Assembly: GCA_964016885.1 (NCBI GenBank)
Contig: OZ024741.1
Coordinates: 411,370,001-411,434,000 of the forward strand
DNA from: Eledone cirrhosa
Lineage: Eukaryota
Length of the DNA stretch: 64,000 bases
Direction: 5' to 3'
In this document: piece by piece, positions 18,001 through 33,328 of the stretch
Numbering within the stretch: position 1 is the stretch's first letter
How the letters are laid out: every line of letters begins with the position of its first letter
The notes under the pieces: model-generated
The model's database searches: none
The model's input: the letters and a program-made list of their open reading frames with translations, nothing else
Told to the model about the DNA's origin: nothing
Translations under genes and position numbers: made by a program

Positions 18001-21000
18001 TGCCACCACTGCCACCAACACCTTACACCAGCTCCTTCACTACTACTATTGCCACCACTGCCACCAACACCTTACACCAGTTCCTTCACTACAACTATTG
18101 CCACCACTGCCACCAACACCTTACACCAGTTCCTTCACTACAACTATTGCCACCACTGCCACCAACACCTTACACCAGTTCCTTCACTACAACTATTGCC
18201 ACCACTGCCACCAACACCTTACACCAGTTCCTTCACTACTACTATTGCCACCACTGCCACCAACACCTTACACCAGTTCCTTCACTACAACTATTGCCAC
18301 CACTGCCACCAACACCTTACACCAGCTCCTTCACTACTACTATTGCCACCACTGCCACCAACACCTTACACTAGTTCCTTCACTACAACTATTGCCACCA
18401 ACACCTTACACCAGTTCCTTCACTACAACTATTGCCACCACTGCCACCAACACCTTACACCAGCTCCTTCACTACTACTATTGCCACCACAGCCACCAAC
18501 ACCTTACACTAGTTCCTTCACTACAACTATTGCCACCACTACCACCAACACCTTACACCAGTTCCTTCACTACTACTATTGCCACCACTGCCACCGACAC
18601 CTTACACTAGTTCCTTCACTACAACTATTGCCACCAACACCTTACACCAGTTCCTTCACTACAACTATTGCCACCACTGCCACCAACACCTTACACCAGT
18701 TCCTTCACTACAACTATTGCCACCACTGCCACCAACACCTTACACCAGTTCCTTCACTACAACTATTGCCACCACTGCCACCAACACCTTACACCAGTTC
18801 CTTCACTACTACTATTGCCACCACTGCCACCAACACCTTACACCAGTTCCTTCACTACAACTATTGCCACCACTGCCACCAACACCTTACACTAGTTCCT
18901 TCACTACTACTATTGCCACCACTGCCACCAACACCTTACACCAGTTCCTTCACTACAACTATTGCCACCACTGCCACCAACACCTTACACTAGTTCCTTC
19001 ACTACTACTATTACCACCACTGCCACCAACACCTTAAACCAGTTCCTTCACTACAACTATTGCCACCAACACCTAACACCAGTTCCTTCACTACTACTAT
19101 TGCCACTACTGCCACCAACACCTTAAACCAGTTCCTTCACTACTACTATTGCCACCACTGCCACCAACACCTTACACCAGTTCCTTCACTACAACCATTG
19201 CCACCACTGCCACCAACACCTTACACCAGTTCCTTCACTACAACTATTACCACCACTGCCACCAACACCTTACACCAGTTCCTTCACTACAACTATTACC
19301 ACCACTGCCACCAACACCTTACACTATTTCCTTCACTACTACTATTGCCACCACTGCCACCAACACCTTACACCAGTTCCTTCACTACAACTATTACCAC
19401 CACTGCCACCAACACCTTACACCAGTTCCTTCACTACTACTATTGCCACCACTGCCACCAACACCTTACACCAGTTCCTTCACTACAACTATTGCCACCA
19501 ATGCCACCAACACCTTACACCAGTTCCTTCACTACTACTATTGCCACCACTGCCACCAACACCTTACACCAGTTCCTTCACTACTACTATTGCCACCACT
19601 GCCACCAACACCTTACACCAGTTCCTTCACTACTACTATTGCCACTACTGCCACCAACACCTTAAACCAGTTCCTTCACTACTACTATTGCCACCACTGC
19701 CACCAACACCCTACATTAGTTCCTTCACTACTACTATTGCCACCAACACCTTACACTATTTCCTTCACTACAACTATTGCCACCAACACCTTACGCCAGT
19801 TCCTTCACTACTACTATTGCCACTACTGCCACCAACACCTTACACCAGTTCCTTCACTACTACTATTGCCACCACTGCCACCAACACCCTACATTAGTTC
19901 CTTCACTACTACTATTGCCACCAACACCTTACACTAGTTCCTTCACTACAACTATTGCCACCAACACCTTACACCAGTTCCTTCACTACAACTATTGCCA
20001 CCACTGCCACCAACACCTTACACCAGTTCCTTCAGTAGTACTATTGCCACCACTGCCACCAACACCTTACACTAGTTCCTTCACCACAACTATTGCCACC
20101 ACTGCCACCAACACCTTACACCAGTTCCTTCACTACAACTATTGCCACCACTGCCACCAACACCCTACACTAGTTCCTTCACTATTACTATTGCCACCAC
20201 TGCCACCAACACCTTACACTAGTTCCCTCACTACAACTATTGCCAGCAACACCTTACACCAGTTCCTTCACTACAACTATTGCCACCACTGCCACCAACA
20301 CCTTACACCAGTTCCTTCACTAGTACTATTGCCACCACTGCCACCAACACCTTACACTAGTTCCTTCACTACAACTATTGCCACCACTGCCACCAACACC
20401 TTACACCAGTTCCTTCACTACAACTATTGCCACCACTGCCACCAACACCTTACACCAGTTCCTTCACTACAACTATTGCCACCACTGCCACCAACACCTT
20501 ACACCAGTTCCTTCACTACAACTATTGCAACCACTGCCACCAACACCTTACACTAGTTCCTTCACTACAACTATTGCCACCACTGCCACCAACACCTTAC
20601 ACTAGTTCCTTCACTACAACTATTGCCACTACTGCCACCAACACCTTACACCAGTTCCTTCACTACAACTATTGTCACCACTGCCACCAACACCTTACAC
20701 TAGTTCCTTCACTACAACTATTGCCACCACTGACACCAACACCTTACACTAGTTCCTTCACTACAACTATTGCCACCAACACCTTACACCAGTTCCTTCA
20801 CTACAACTATTGCCACCACTGCCACCAACACCTTACACCAGTTCCTTCACTACAACTATTGCCACCACTGCCACCAACACCTTACACCAGTTCCTTCACT
20901 ACAACTATTGCCACCACTGCCACCAACACCTTACACTAGTTCCTTCACTACAACTATTGCCACCAACACCTTACACCAGCTCCTTCACTACTACTATTGC

Positions 21001-24000
21001 CACCACTGCCACCAACACCTTACACCAGTTCCTTCACTACAACTATTGCCACCGACACCTTACACCAGTTCCTTCACTACAACTATTGCCACCACTGCCA
21101 CCAACACCTTACACTAGTTCCTTCACTACAACTATTGCCACCAACCCCTTACACCAGTTCCTTCACTACAACTATTGCCACCACTGCCACCAACACCTTA
21201 CACCAGCTCCTTCACTACTACTATTGCCACCACTGCCACCAACACCTTACACCAATTCCTTCACTACAACTATTGCCACCACTGCCACCAACACCTTACA
21301 CCAGCTCCTTCACTACTACTATTGCCACCACTGCCACCAACACCTTACACCAGTTCCTTCACTACAACTATTGCCACCACTGCCACCAACACCTTACACC
21401 AATTCCTTCACTACTACTATTGCCACCACTGCCACCAACACCTTACACCAGCTCCTTCACTACTACTATTGCCACCACTGCCACCAACACCTTACACCAG
21501 TTCCTTCACTACTACTATTGCCACCACTGCCACCAACACCTTACACCAGCTCCTTCACTACTACTATTGCCACCACTGCCACCAACACCTTACACCAGTT
21601 CCTTCACTACTACTATTGCCACCACTGCCACCAACACCTTACACTAGTTCCTTCACTACAACTATTGCCACCAACACCTTACACCAGTTCCTTCACTACA
21701 ACTATTGCCACCACTGCCACCAACACCTTACACTAGTTCCTTCACTACAACTATTGCCACCAACACCTTACACCAGTTCCTTCACTACTACTATTGCCAC
21801 CACTGCCACCAACACCTTACACTAGTTCCTTCACTACAACTATTGCCACCAACACCTTACACCAGTTCCTTCACTACTACTATTGCCACCACTGCCACCA
21901 ACACCTTACACCAGTTCCTTCACTACTACTATTGCCACCACTGCCACCAACACCTTACACCAGTTCCTTCACTACAACTATTGCCACCACTGCCACCAAC
22001 ACCTTACACCAGTTCCTTCACTACTACTATTGCCACCACTGCCACCAACACCTTACACCAGTTCCTTCACTACAACTATTGCCACCACTGCCACAAACAC
22101 CTTACACCAGTTCCTTCACTACTACTATTGCCACCACTGCCACCAACACCTTACACCAGTTCCTTCACTACAACTATTGCCACCACTGCCACCAACACCT
22201 TACACTAGTTCCTTCACTACTACTATTGCCACCACTGCCACCAACACCTTACACCAGTTCCTTCACTACAACTATTGCCACCACTGCCACCAACACCTTA
22301 CACTAGTTCCTTCACTACTACTATTACCACCACTGCCACCAACACCTTACACCATTTCCTTCACTACAACTATTGCCACCACTGCCACCAACACCTTACA
22401 CTAGTTCCTTCACTACTACTATTGCCACCACTGCCACCAACACCTTACACCAGTTCCTTCACTACTACTATTGCCACCACTGCCACCAACACCTTACACC
22501 AGTTCCTTCACTACTACTATTGCCACCACTGCCACCAACACCTTACACCAGTTCCTTCACTACAACTATTGCCACCAACACCTTACACCAGTTCCTTCAC
22601 TACAACTATTGCCACCACTGCCACCAACACCTTACACCAGTTCCTTCACTACAACTATTGCCACCACTGCCACCAACACCTTACACTAGTTCCTCCACTA
22701 CAACTATTGCCACCACTGCCACCAACACCTTACACCAGTTCCTTCACTACTACTATTGCCACCACTGCCACCAACACCTTACACTAGTTCCTTCACTACT
22801 ACTATTGCCACCACTGCCACCAACACCTTACACCAGTTCCTTCACTACAACTATTGCCACCACTGCCACCAACACCTTACACCAGTTCCTTCACTACTAC
22901 TATTGCCACCACTGCCACCAACACCTTACACTAGTTCCTTCACTACAACTATTGCCACCACTGCCACCAACACCTTACACCAGTTCCTTCACTACTACTA
23001 TTGCCACCACTGCCACCAAAACCTTACACTAGTTCCTTCACTACTACTATTGCCACCACTGCCACCAACACCTTACACTAGTTCCTTCACTACAACTATT
23101 GCCACCACTGCCACCAACACCTTACACCAGTTCCTTCACTACAACTATTGCCACCACTGCCACCAACACCTTACACCAGTTCCTTCACTACTACTATTGC
23201 CACCACTGCCACCAACACCTTACACCAGTTCCTTCACTACAACTATTGCCACCAACACCTTACACTAGTTCCTTCACTACTACTATTGCCACCACTGCCA
23301 CCAACACCTTACACCAGTTCCTTCACTACAACTATTGCCACCACTGCCACCAACACCTTACACCAGTTCCTTCACTAGTACTATTGCCACCACTGCCACC
23401 AACACCTTACACTAGTTCCTTCACTACAACTATTGCCACCACTGCCACCAACACCTTACACCAGTTTCTTCACTACAACTATTGCCACCACTGCCACCAA
23501 CACCTTACACCAGTTCCTTCACTACAACTATTGCCACCACTGCCACCAACACCTTACACCAGTTCCTTCACTACAACTATTGCAACCACTGCCACCAACA
23601 CCTTACACTAGTTCCTTCACTACAACTATTGCCACCACTGCCACCAACACCTTACACTAGTTCCTTCACTACAACTATTGCCACTACTGCCACCAACACC
23701 TTACACCAGTTCCTTCACTACAACTATTGTCACCACTGCCACCAACACCTTACACTAGTTCCTTCACTACAACTATTGCCACCACTGACACCAACACCTT
23801 ACACTAGTTCCTTCACTACAACTATTGCCACCAACACCTTACACCAGTTCCTTCACTACAACTATTGCCACCACTGCCACCAACACCTTACACCAGTTCC
23901 TTCACTACAACTATTGCCACCACTGCCACCAACACCTTACACCAGTTCCTTCACTACAACTATTGCCACCACTGCCACCAACACCTTACACTAGTTCCTT

Positions 24001-27000
24001 CACTACAACTATTGCCACCACTACCACCAACACCTTACACTAGTTCTTTCACTACAACTATTGCCACCACTGCCACCAACACCTTACACCAGTTCCTTCA
24101 CTACAACTATTGCCACCACTGCCACCAACACCTTACACTAGTTCCTTCACTACAACTATTGCCACCACTGCCACCAACACCTTACACTAGTTCCTTCACT
24201 ACAACTATTGCCACCACTGCCACCAACACCTTACACCAGTTCCTTCACTACAACTATTGCCACCACTGCCACCAACACCTTACACCAGTTCCTTCACTAC
24301 TACTATTGCCACCACTGCCACCAACACCTTACACCAGCTCCTTCACTACTACTATTGCCACCACTGCCACCAACACCTTACACCAGTTCCTTCACTACTG
24401 CTATTGCCACCACTGCCACCAACACCTTACACCAGTTCCTTCACTACTACTATTGCCACCACTGCCACCAACACCTTACACTAGTTCTTTCACTACAACT
24501 ATTGCCACCACTGCCACCAACACCTTACACTAGTTCCTTCACTACAACTATTGCCACCAACACCTTACACCAGCTCCTTCACTACTACTATTGCCACCAC
24601 TGCCACCAACACCTTACACCAGTTCCTTCACTACTACTATTGCCACCACTGCCACCAACACCTTACACCAGTTCCTTCACTACAACTATTGCCACCAACA
24701 CCTTACACCAGTTCCTTCACTACAACTATTGCCACCACTGCCACCAACACCTTACACTAGTTCCTTCACTACAACTATTGCCACCAACCCCTTACACCAG
24801 TTCCTTCACTACAACTATTGCCACCACTGCCACCAACACCTTACACCAGCTCCTTCACTACTACTATTGCCACCACTGCCACCAACACCTTACACCAATT
24901 CCTTCACTACAACTATTGCCACCACTGCCACCAACACCTTACACCAGTTCCTTCACTACAACTATTGCCACCACTGCCACCAACACCTTACACCAGCTCC
25001 TTCACTACTACTATTGCCACCACTGCCACCAACACCTTACACCAGTTCCTTCACTACAACTATTGCCACCACTGCCACCAACACCTTACACCAGCTCCTT
25101 CACTACAACTATTGCCACCACTGCCACCAACACCTTACACCAGTTCCTTCACTACTACTATTGCCACCACTGCCACCAACACCTTACACTAGTTCCTTCA
25201 CTACTACTATTGCCACCAACACCTTACACCAGTTCCTTCACTACAACTATTGCCACCACTGCCACCAACACCTTACACTAGTTCCTTCATTACTACTATT
25301 GCCACCACTGCCACCAACACCTTACACCAGTTCCTTCACTACAACTATTGCCACCACTGCCACCAACACCTTACACCAGTTCCTTCACTACAACTATTGC
25401 CACCACTGCCACCAACACCTTACACCAGTTCCTTCACTACAACTATTGCCACCACTGCCACCAACACCTTACACCAGTTCCTTCACTACTACTATTGCCA
25501 CCACTGCCACCAACACCTTACACCAGTTCCTTCACTACTACTATTGCCACCACTGCCACCAACACCTTACACCAGTTCCTTCACTACAACTATTGCCACC
25601 ACTGCCACCAACACCTTACACCAGTTCCTTCACTACTACTATTCCCACCACTGCCACCAACACCTTACACCAGTTCCTTCACTACAACTATTGCCACCAC
25701 TGCCACCAACACCTTACACCAGTTCCTTCACTACTACTATTGCCACCACTGCCACCAACACCTTACACCAGTTCCTTCACTACAACTATTGCCACCACTG
25801 CCACCAACACCTTACACTAGTTCCTTCACTACTACTATTGCCACCACTGCCACCAACACCTTACACCAGTTCCTTCACTACAACTATTGCCACCACTACC
25901 ACCAACACCTTACACTAGTTCCTTCATTACTACTATTGCCACCACTGCCACCAACACCTTACACCAGTTCCTTCACTACAACTATTGCCACCACTGCCAC
26001 CAACACCTTACACCAGTTCCTTCACTACAACTATTGCCACCACTGCCACCAACACCTTACACCAGTTCCTTCACTACAACTATTGCCACCACTGCCACCA
26101 ACACCTTACACCAGTTCCTTCACTACAACTATTGCCACCACTGCCACCAACACCTTACACCAGTTCCTTCACTACAACTATTGCCACCACTGCCACCAAC
26201 ACCTTACACCAGTTCCTTCACTACAACTATTGCCACCACTGCCACCAACACCTTACACCAGTTCCTTCACTACTACTATTGCCACCACTGCCACCAACAC
26301 CTTACACCAGTTCCTTCACTACTACTATTGCCACCACTGCCACCAACACCTTACACCAGTTCCTTCACTACAACTATTGCCACCACTGCCACCAACACCT
26401 TACACCAGTTCCTTCACTACTACTATTGCCACCACTGCCACCAACACCTTACACCAGTTCCTTCACTACAACTATTGCCACCACTGCCACCAACACCTTA
26501 CACCAATTCCTTCACTACTACTATTGCCACCACTGCCACCAACACCTTACACCAGTTCCTTCACTACTACTATTGCCACCACTACCACCAACACCTTACA
26601 CTAGTTCCTTCACTACAACTATTGCCACCACTGCCACCAACACCTTACACTAGTTCCTTCACTACTACTATTGCCACCACTGCCACCAACACCTTACACC
26701 AGTTCCTTCACTACAACTATTGCCACCACTACCACCAACACCTTACACTAGTTCCTTCATTACTACTATTGCCACCACTGCCACCAACACCTTACACCAG
26801 TTCCTTCACTACAACTATTGCCACCACTGCCACCAACACCTTACACCAGTTCCTTCACTACAACTATTGCCACCACTGCCACCAACACCTTACACCAGTT
26901 CCTTCACTACAACTATTGCCACCACTGCCACCAACACCTTACACCAGTTCCTTCACTACAACTATTGCCACCACTGCCACCAACACCTTACACCAGTTCC

Positions 27001-30000
27001 TTCACTACAACTATTGCCACCACTGCCACCAACACCTTACACCAGTTCCTTCACTACAACTATTGCCACCACTGCCACCAACACCTTACACCAGTTCCTT
27101 CACTACTACTATTGCCACCACTGCCACCAACACCTTACACCAGTTCCTTCACTACTACTATTGCCACCACTGCCACCAACACCTTACACCAGTTCCTTCA
27201 CTACTACTATTGCCACCACTGCCACCAACACCTTACACCAGTTCCTTCACTACTACTATTGCCACCACTACCACCAACACCTTACACCAATTCCTTCACT
27301 ACTACTATTGCCACCACTGCCACCAACACCTTACACCAGTTCCTTCACTACTACTATTGCCACCACTGCCACCAACACCTTACACCAGTTCCTTCACTAC
27401 TACTATTGCCACCACTGCCACCAACACCTTACACCAGTTCCTTCACTACTACTATTGCCACCACTACCACCAACACCTTACACCAGTTCCTTCACTACAA
27501 CTATTGCCACCACTGCCACCAACACCTTACACCAGTTCCTTCACTACAACTATTGCCACCACTGCCACCAACACCTTACACCAATTCCTTCACTACTACT
27601 ATTGCCACCACTGCCACCAACACCTTACACCAGTTCCTTCACTACTACTATTGCCACCACTGCCACCAACACCTTACACCAGTTCCTTCACTACTACTAT
27701 TGCCACCACTACCACCAACACCTTACACCAGTTCCTTCACTACAACTATTGCCACCACTGCCACCAACACCTTACACCAATTCCTTCACTACTACTATTG
27801 CCACCACTGCCACCAACACCTTACACTAGTTCCTTCACTACTACTATTGCCACCACTGCCACCAACACCTTACACCAGTTCCTTCACTACAACTATTGCC
27901 ACCACTACCACCAACACCTTACACTAGTTCCTTCATTACTACTATTGCCACCACTGCCACCAACACCTTACACCAGTTCCTTCACTACAACTATTGCCAC
28001 CACTGCCACCAACACCTTACACCAGTTCCTTCACTACAACTATTGCCACCACTGCCACCAACACCTTACACCAGTTCCTTCACTACAACTATTGCCACCA
28101 CTGTCACCAACACCTTACACTAGTTCCTTCACTACTACTATTGCCACCACTGCCACCAACACCTTACACCAGTTCCTTCACTACAACTATTGCCACCACT
28201 GCCACCAACACCTTACACTAGTTCCTTCACTACTACTATTACCACCACTGCCACCAACACCTTACACCAGTTCCTTCACTACAACTATTGCCACCAACAC
28301 CTTACACCAGCTCCTTCACTACTACTATTGCCACCACTGCCACCAACACCTTACACCAGTTCCTTCACTACTACTATTGCCACCACTGCCACCAACACCT
28401 TACACCAGTTCCTTCACTACTACTATTGCCACCACTGCCACCAACACCTTACACCAGTTCCTTCACTACAACTATTGCCACCAACACCTTACACCAGTTC
28501 CTTCACTACAACTATTGCCACCACTGCCACCAACACCTTACACCAGTTCCTTCACTACAACTATTGCCACCACTGCCACCAACACCTTACACTAGTTCCT
28601 TCACTACAACTATTGCCACCACTGCCACCAACACCTTACACCAGTTCCTTCACTACTACTATTGCCACCACTGCCACCAACACCTTACACTAGTTCCTTC
28701 ACTACTACTATTGCCACCACTGCCACCAACACCTTACACCAGTTCCTTCACTACAACTATTGCCACCACTGCCACCAACACCTTACACCAGTTCCTTCAC
28801 TACTACTATTGCCACCACTGCCACCAACACCTTACACTAGTTCCTTCACTACAACTATTGCCACCACTGCCACCAACACCTTACACCAGTTCCTTCACTA
28901 CTACTATTGCCACCACTGCCACCAAAACCTTACACTAGTTCCTTCACTACTACTATTGCCACCACTGCCACCAACACCTTACACTAGTTCCTTCACTACA
29001 ACTATTGCCACCACTGCCACCAACACCTTACACCAGTTCCTTCACTACAACTATTGCCACCACTGCCACCAACACCTTACACCAGTTCCTTCACTACTAC
29101 TATTGCCACCACTGCCACCAACACCTTACACCAGTTCCTTCACTACAACTATTGCCACCAACACCTTACACTAGTTCCTTCACTACTACTATTGCCACTA
29201 CTGCCACCAACACCTTACACTAGTTCCTTCACTACAACTATTGCCACCACTGCCACCAACACCTTACACCAGTTCCTTCACTACAACTATTGCCACCACT
29301 GCCACCAACACCTTACACTAGTTCCTTCACTACAACTATTGCCACCACTGCCACCAACACCTTACACCAGTTCCTTCACTACAACTATTGCCACCACTGC
29401 CACCAACACCTTACACTAGTTCCTTCACTACAACTATTGCCACCACTGCCACCAACACCTTACACTAGTTCCTTCACTACAACTATTGCCACCACTGCCA
29501 GCAACACCTTACACTAGTTCCTTCACTACTACTATTGCCACCACTGCCACCAACACCTTACACTAGTTCCTTCACTACAACTATTGCCACCACTGCCACC
29601 AACACCTTACACCAGTTCCTTCACTACTACTATTGCCACCACTGCCACCAACACCTTACACCAGTTCCTTCACTACTACTATTGCCACCACTGCCACCAA
29701 CACCTTACACTAGTTCCTTCACTACTACTATTGCCACCACTGCCACCAACACCTTACACTAGTTCCTTCACTACTACTATTGCCACCACTGCCACCAACA
29801 CCTTACACTAGTTCCTTCACTACAACTATTGCCACCACTGCCACCAACACCTTACACTAGTTCCTTCACTACTACTATTGCCACCACTGCCACCAACACC
29901 TTACACCAGTTCCTTCACTACAACTATTGCCACCAACACCTTACACCAGTTCCTTCACTACTACTATTGCCACCACTGCCACCAACACCTTACACCAGTT

Positions 30001-30006
30001 CCTTCA
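1..30006. repeat. 49-bp minisatellite/satellite array (about 30 kb, roughly 600+ units, open at window start), with a 40-bp deletion variant
   Basis: Unit CAACTATTGCCACCACTGCCACCAACACCTTACAC(C/T)AGTTCCTTCACTA. The 40-bp variant lacks one CACTGCCAC. The + strand is strongly C/A-rich. Confidence 0.98.
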
Positions 30007-30512
30007 TTAATCTTATTGAAACATTTTCTTAATGAAATCCACTAAAATTGATTGGCAGTTAATTTTGAAAATAATCAACAATTTCATGCAATTTAGTATT
30101 ATAACTAGCCAACACCTTACACCAGTTCCTTCACTACTACTATTGCCACCACTGCCACCAACACCTTACACCAGTTCCTTCACTACAACTATTGCCACCA
30201 ACACCTTACACCAGTTCCTTCACTACAACTATTGCCACCACTGCCACCAACACCTTACACCAGTTCCTTCACTACAACTATTGCCACCACTGCCACCAAC
30301 ACCTTACACCAGTTCCTTCACTACAACTATTGCCACCAACACCTTACACCAGTTCCTTCACTACTACTATTGCCACCACTGCCACCAACACCTTACACCA
30401 GTTCCTTCATTAATCTTATTGAAACATTTTCTTAATGAAATCCACTAAAATTGATTGGCAGTTAATTTTGAAAATAATCAACAATTTCATGCAATTTAGT
30501 ATTATAACTAGC
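30007..30512. repeat. 403-bp duplication of the satellite/unique-sequence junction
   Basis: A 103-bp AT-rich unique segment (TTAATCTTATTGAAAC...ATAACTAGC) occurs at 30007-30109 and again at 30410-30512, separated by about 300 bp of 49/40-bp units. Confidence 0.92.
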
Positions 30513-30529
30513 TTTCTTATGATTAAACA

Positions 30530-31551
30530 TTACAGAGCGTACTGGGTGTGTTTTATCATGACACTAATACTACCACTTTACAGAGTGTACTGGGTGTATT
30601 TTATCATCACACCAACACTACCAATTTACAGAGTGTACTGGGTGTATTTTATCATGAAACCAACACCACCACTTTACAGAGTGTACTGGGTGTATTTTAT
30701 CATGACACCAGCTCTACCACTTTACAGAGTGTACTGGGTGTATTTTATCATGACACCAACACTACCACTTTACAGAGTGTACTGGGTGTATTTTATCATG
30801 ACACCAACACTACCACTTTACAGAGTGTACAGGGTGTATTTTATCATGTCACCAACGCTACCACTTTACAGAGTGTACTGGGTGTATTTTATCATGTCAC
30901 CAACACTACCACTTTACAGAGTGTACAGGGTGTATTTTATCATGACACCAACACTACCACTTTACAGAGTGTACAGGGTGTATTTTATCATGACACCAAC
31001 GTTACCACTTTACAGAGTGTACTGGGTGTATTTTATCATGTCACCAACACTACCACTTTACAGAGTGTACTAGGTGTATTTTATCATGTCACCAACACTA
31101 CCACTTTACAGAGTGTACTGGGTGTATTTTATCATGACACCAACACTACCACTTTACAGAGTGTACAGGGTGTATTTTATCATGACACCAACGTTACCAC
31201 TTTACAGAGTGTACTGGGTGTATTTTATCATGTCACCAACACTACCACTTTACAGAGTGTACTAGGTGTATTATATCATGTCACCAACACTACCACTTTA
31301 CAGAGTGTACTGGGTGTATTTTATCATGTCACCAACACTACCACTTTACAGAGTGTACTGGGTGTATTTTATCATGTGACCAACACTACCACTTTACAGA
31401 CTGTACTGGGTGTATTTTATCATGTCACCAACACTACCACTTTACAGAGTGTACTGGGTGTATTTTATCATGTCACCAACACTACCACTTTACAGAGTGT
31501 ACTGGGTGTATTTTATCATGTCACCAACACTACCACTTTACAGAGTGTACT
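30530..31551. repeat. 48-bp minisatellite (about 21 copies)
   Basis: Unit TACAGAGTGTACTGGGTGTATTTTATCATG(A/T)CACCAACACTACCACTT. Confidence 0.96.
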
Positions 31552-31640
31552 CTCTCTCTCTCTCTATATATATATATACACACATATATATATACACATA
31601 TATATTTATACATACATATATATATACATATATATATATG
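31550..31640. repeat. (CT)n-(TA/CA)n compound microsatellite
   Basis: CTCTCTCT...TATATATATACACAC... seen directly. Confidence 0.9.
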
Positions 31641-31878
31641 AGAGAAATTTTATGATAATTCCAAATTCCGTTTTAATAAATCTTTTATTAGTTTTTAGGT
31701 ATAGATTAATAAATACTGGTTTAATGAGGATTGAGCACCCAACATATGTAATTCTGCCATTATATGTTTTATCACGCTGGTGTCTGTATGACAGTGTTGT
31801 TAATTAATTAGAAGTCTGCATGTTTAGATTTCTCTATATTGATTACAGAATCATTGTTAGAATCTATTGTAATTTCAG

Positions 31879-31915
31879 GTTTAAAACACCAAAGTTGACC
31901 CCACCTTCAAATAAA
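31879..31915 (+). CDS. Putative host-gene exon A (37 nt, phase 2 to 0): x-FKTPKLTPPSNK, Misato-like protein
   Basis: Acceptor TTGTAATTTCAG| and donor |GTGAGT. Only one frame is open, and it ends in phase 0, compatible with the next candidate exon. Confidence 0.55.
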
Positions 31916-31947
31916 GTGAGTATTATTATTATCTAATGCTAAATAAG

Positions 31948-32215
31948 GGTGATGTATTGGTAGGATCGGTAGAGCATCAGACACCATGCTTTGCAGCATT
32001 GGATTGACAGTGGATTGACAGTATCAGTAGAGGGTTGGACGCCACGCTATCTAGCATAGAGTTACGTCCCTTTAAGTTCTGGGTTTAAATCAGGCCAAGG
32101 TTAACTTTCATCCTTACAGGGACGATAAAATAAAGTACCAGTAATGTACTGGGGTCGATTTAATCTACTTTTTCCTCCATCTAAAGTGTTGGCCTTGTAC
32201 TAAATCATAAACCAT
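31948..32215 (+). mobile_element. tRNA-derived SINE, octopus-type, with a partly duplicated head
   Basis: B-box-like GGGTTTAAAT, core CTTTCATCCTTACAGGGACGATAAAATAAAGTACCAGTAATGTACTGGGGTCGATTTAATC and tail TTGGCCTTGTAC. It is the reverse-complement match of copies at 60445-60790. The family assignment is from memory. Confidence 0.75.
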
Positions 32216-32225
32216 TTTTAATGTT

Positions 32226-32270
<45 letters not shown>

Positions 32271-32289
32271 TAATAGTAGTAGTAGCAGC

Positions 32290-32321
<32 letters not shown>

Positions 32322-32334
32322 ATGTAGATGTAGA
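32226..32334. repeat. (ATG)n, (TAG)n and (GATGTA)n microsatellites
   Basis: Seen directly after the SINE tail. Confidence 0.92.
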
Positions 32335-33328
32335 TTTCTTTTGATTTATTCCAATATATTTTGTATCTTTGTAAATAATTACTTCAGAACTATATTTCAG
32401 TCTTCAGCCCCTAATTCAGGAATGTTTTATTTATTTCTAGTCTGAACCTGAACTAAATAGACGTATGTATCAACAAATGTCATTTATTTATTTATCTCTC
32501 TGTCTGTCTATCTATCTATCTATCTCACCTGAGGGCTGTCTGTCCCCAACTTAATAAGAAAACCCCAATCCTGCCTACACCACCAACAACTGCACAACCA
32601 ACACAATCACCACAACTACCACTACAAAAACAACCACCACAGCTCAAACCAAAACAAAACAATGTCCAACCCATCCCCTCCACTCAAAAAACAAAAACAA
32701 TTTCCAAAACACCCGCACCGCAAACACAACCCGAAAATATACCCCTCCCCTCCAACGCGGAAGATGACCCTAGTTCGTCGTCAGACGAGGAGGAGCACTT
32801 CCACACAATCAAAAGAAAAAAAAGAAAACACACCTCAGACACACAAATGAAAACAACCCCTCCCCAAAACATAACACTGACACCAACACAAAAGAGCTCA
32901 CAACAACAGCAAACAAAAGACACCACACAAAAACAAAAACATGCATACACATACATAAATACAAGAAACAAAAAACTGTTAAACATTGTGTACAACAACA
33001 ATCTAATAAAAACACAAGGGCTTAACTTCACCCAGGCAGGGGATTTCCCCCACCTCAAAATGATTAAGGCCCCACAGGACACCTATAAAACTTTAAAAAA
33101 CAATTTTAAAGAGGATGTGGGTCCCCCCTGCGTCGGGCCCATTAACCGCGTCCTCCTAAAAAACTACCCCACCCCCTCCCCAAACACCCACACAACTCCA
33201 AGCTCCCCAACCACACAACACACTGATGTCCCTACACTTCCACAAACCACCACCCCACCCTAATGGAAATTGTGCAGCCCGATACTCGGGACGCAGAGAG
33301 GTAAGTGCCTTTTCTCTTCACCACCAAC

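Noticed and set aside
1-30400. CRISPR-like regular repeats
   Set aside because: There are no unique spacers and no cas genes, and the context is eukaryotic. These are pure tandem repeats.
154-30448. Dozens of long ORFs (up to 902 aa) with PPLPPTPY/HHCHQH repeats
   Set aside because: They are translations of a 49-bp satellite in all three frames. Stops depend only on the C/T variant in AC(C/T)AG, with no frame preference.
30530-31551. Common ancestry of the 48-bp and the adjacent 49-bp satellites (shared CACCAACAC and TTACA)
   Set aside because: The shared words are short and low-complexity, and the rest of the units do not align convincingly by eye.
30435-31807. 419-aa and 212-aa repeat ORFs with a 16-aa period
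   Set aside because: The 48-bp unit is a multiple of 3 and open in two frames. The ORF runs on into a microsatellite, with no evidence of coding constraint.
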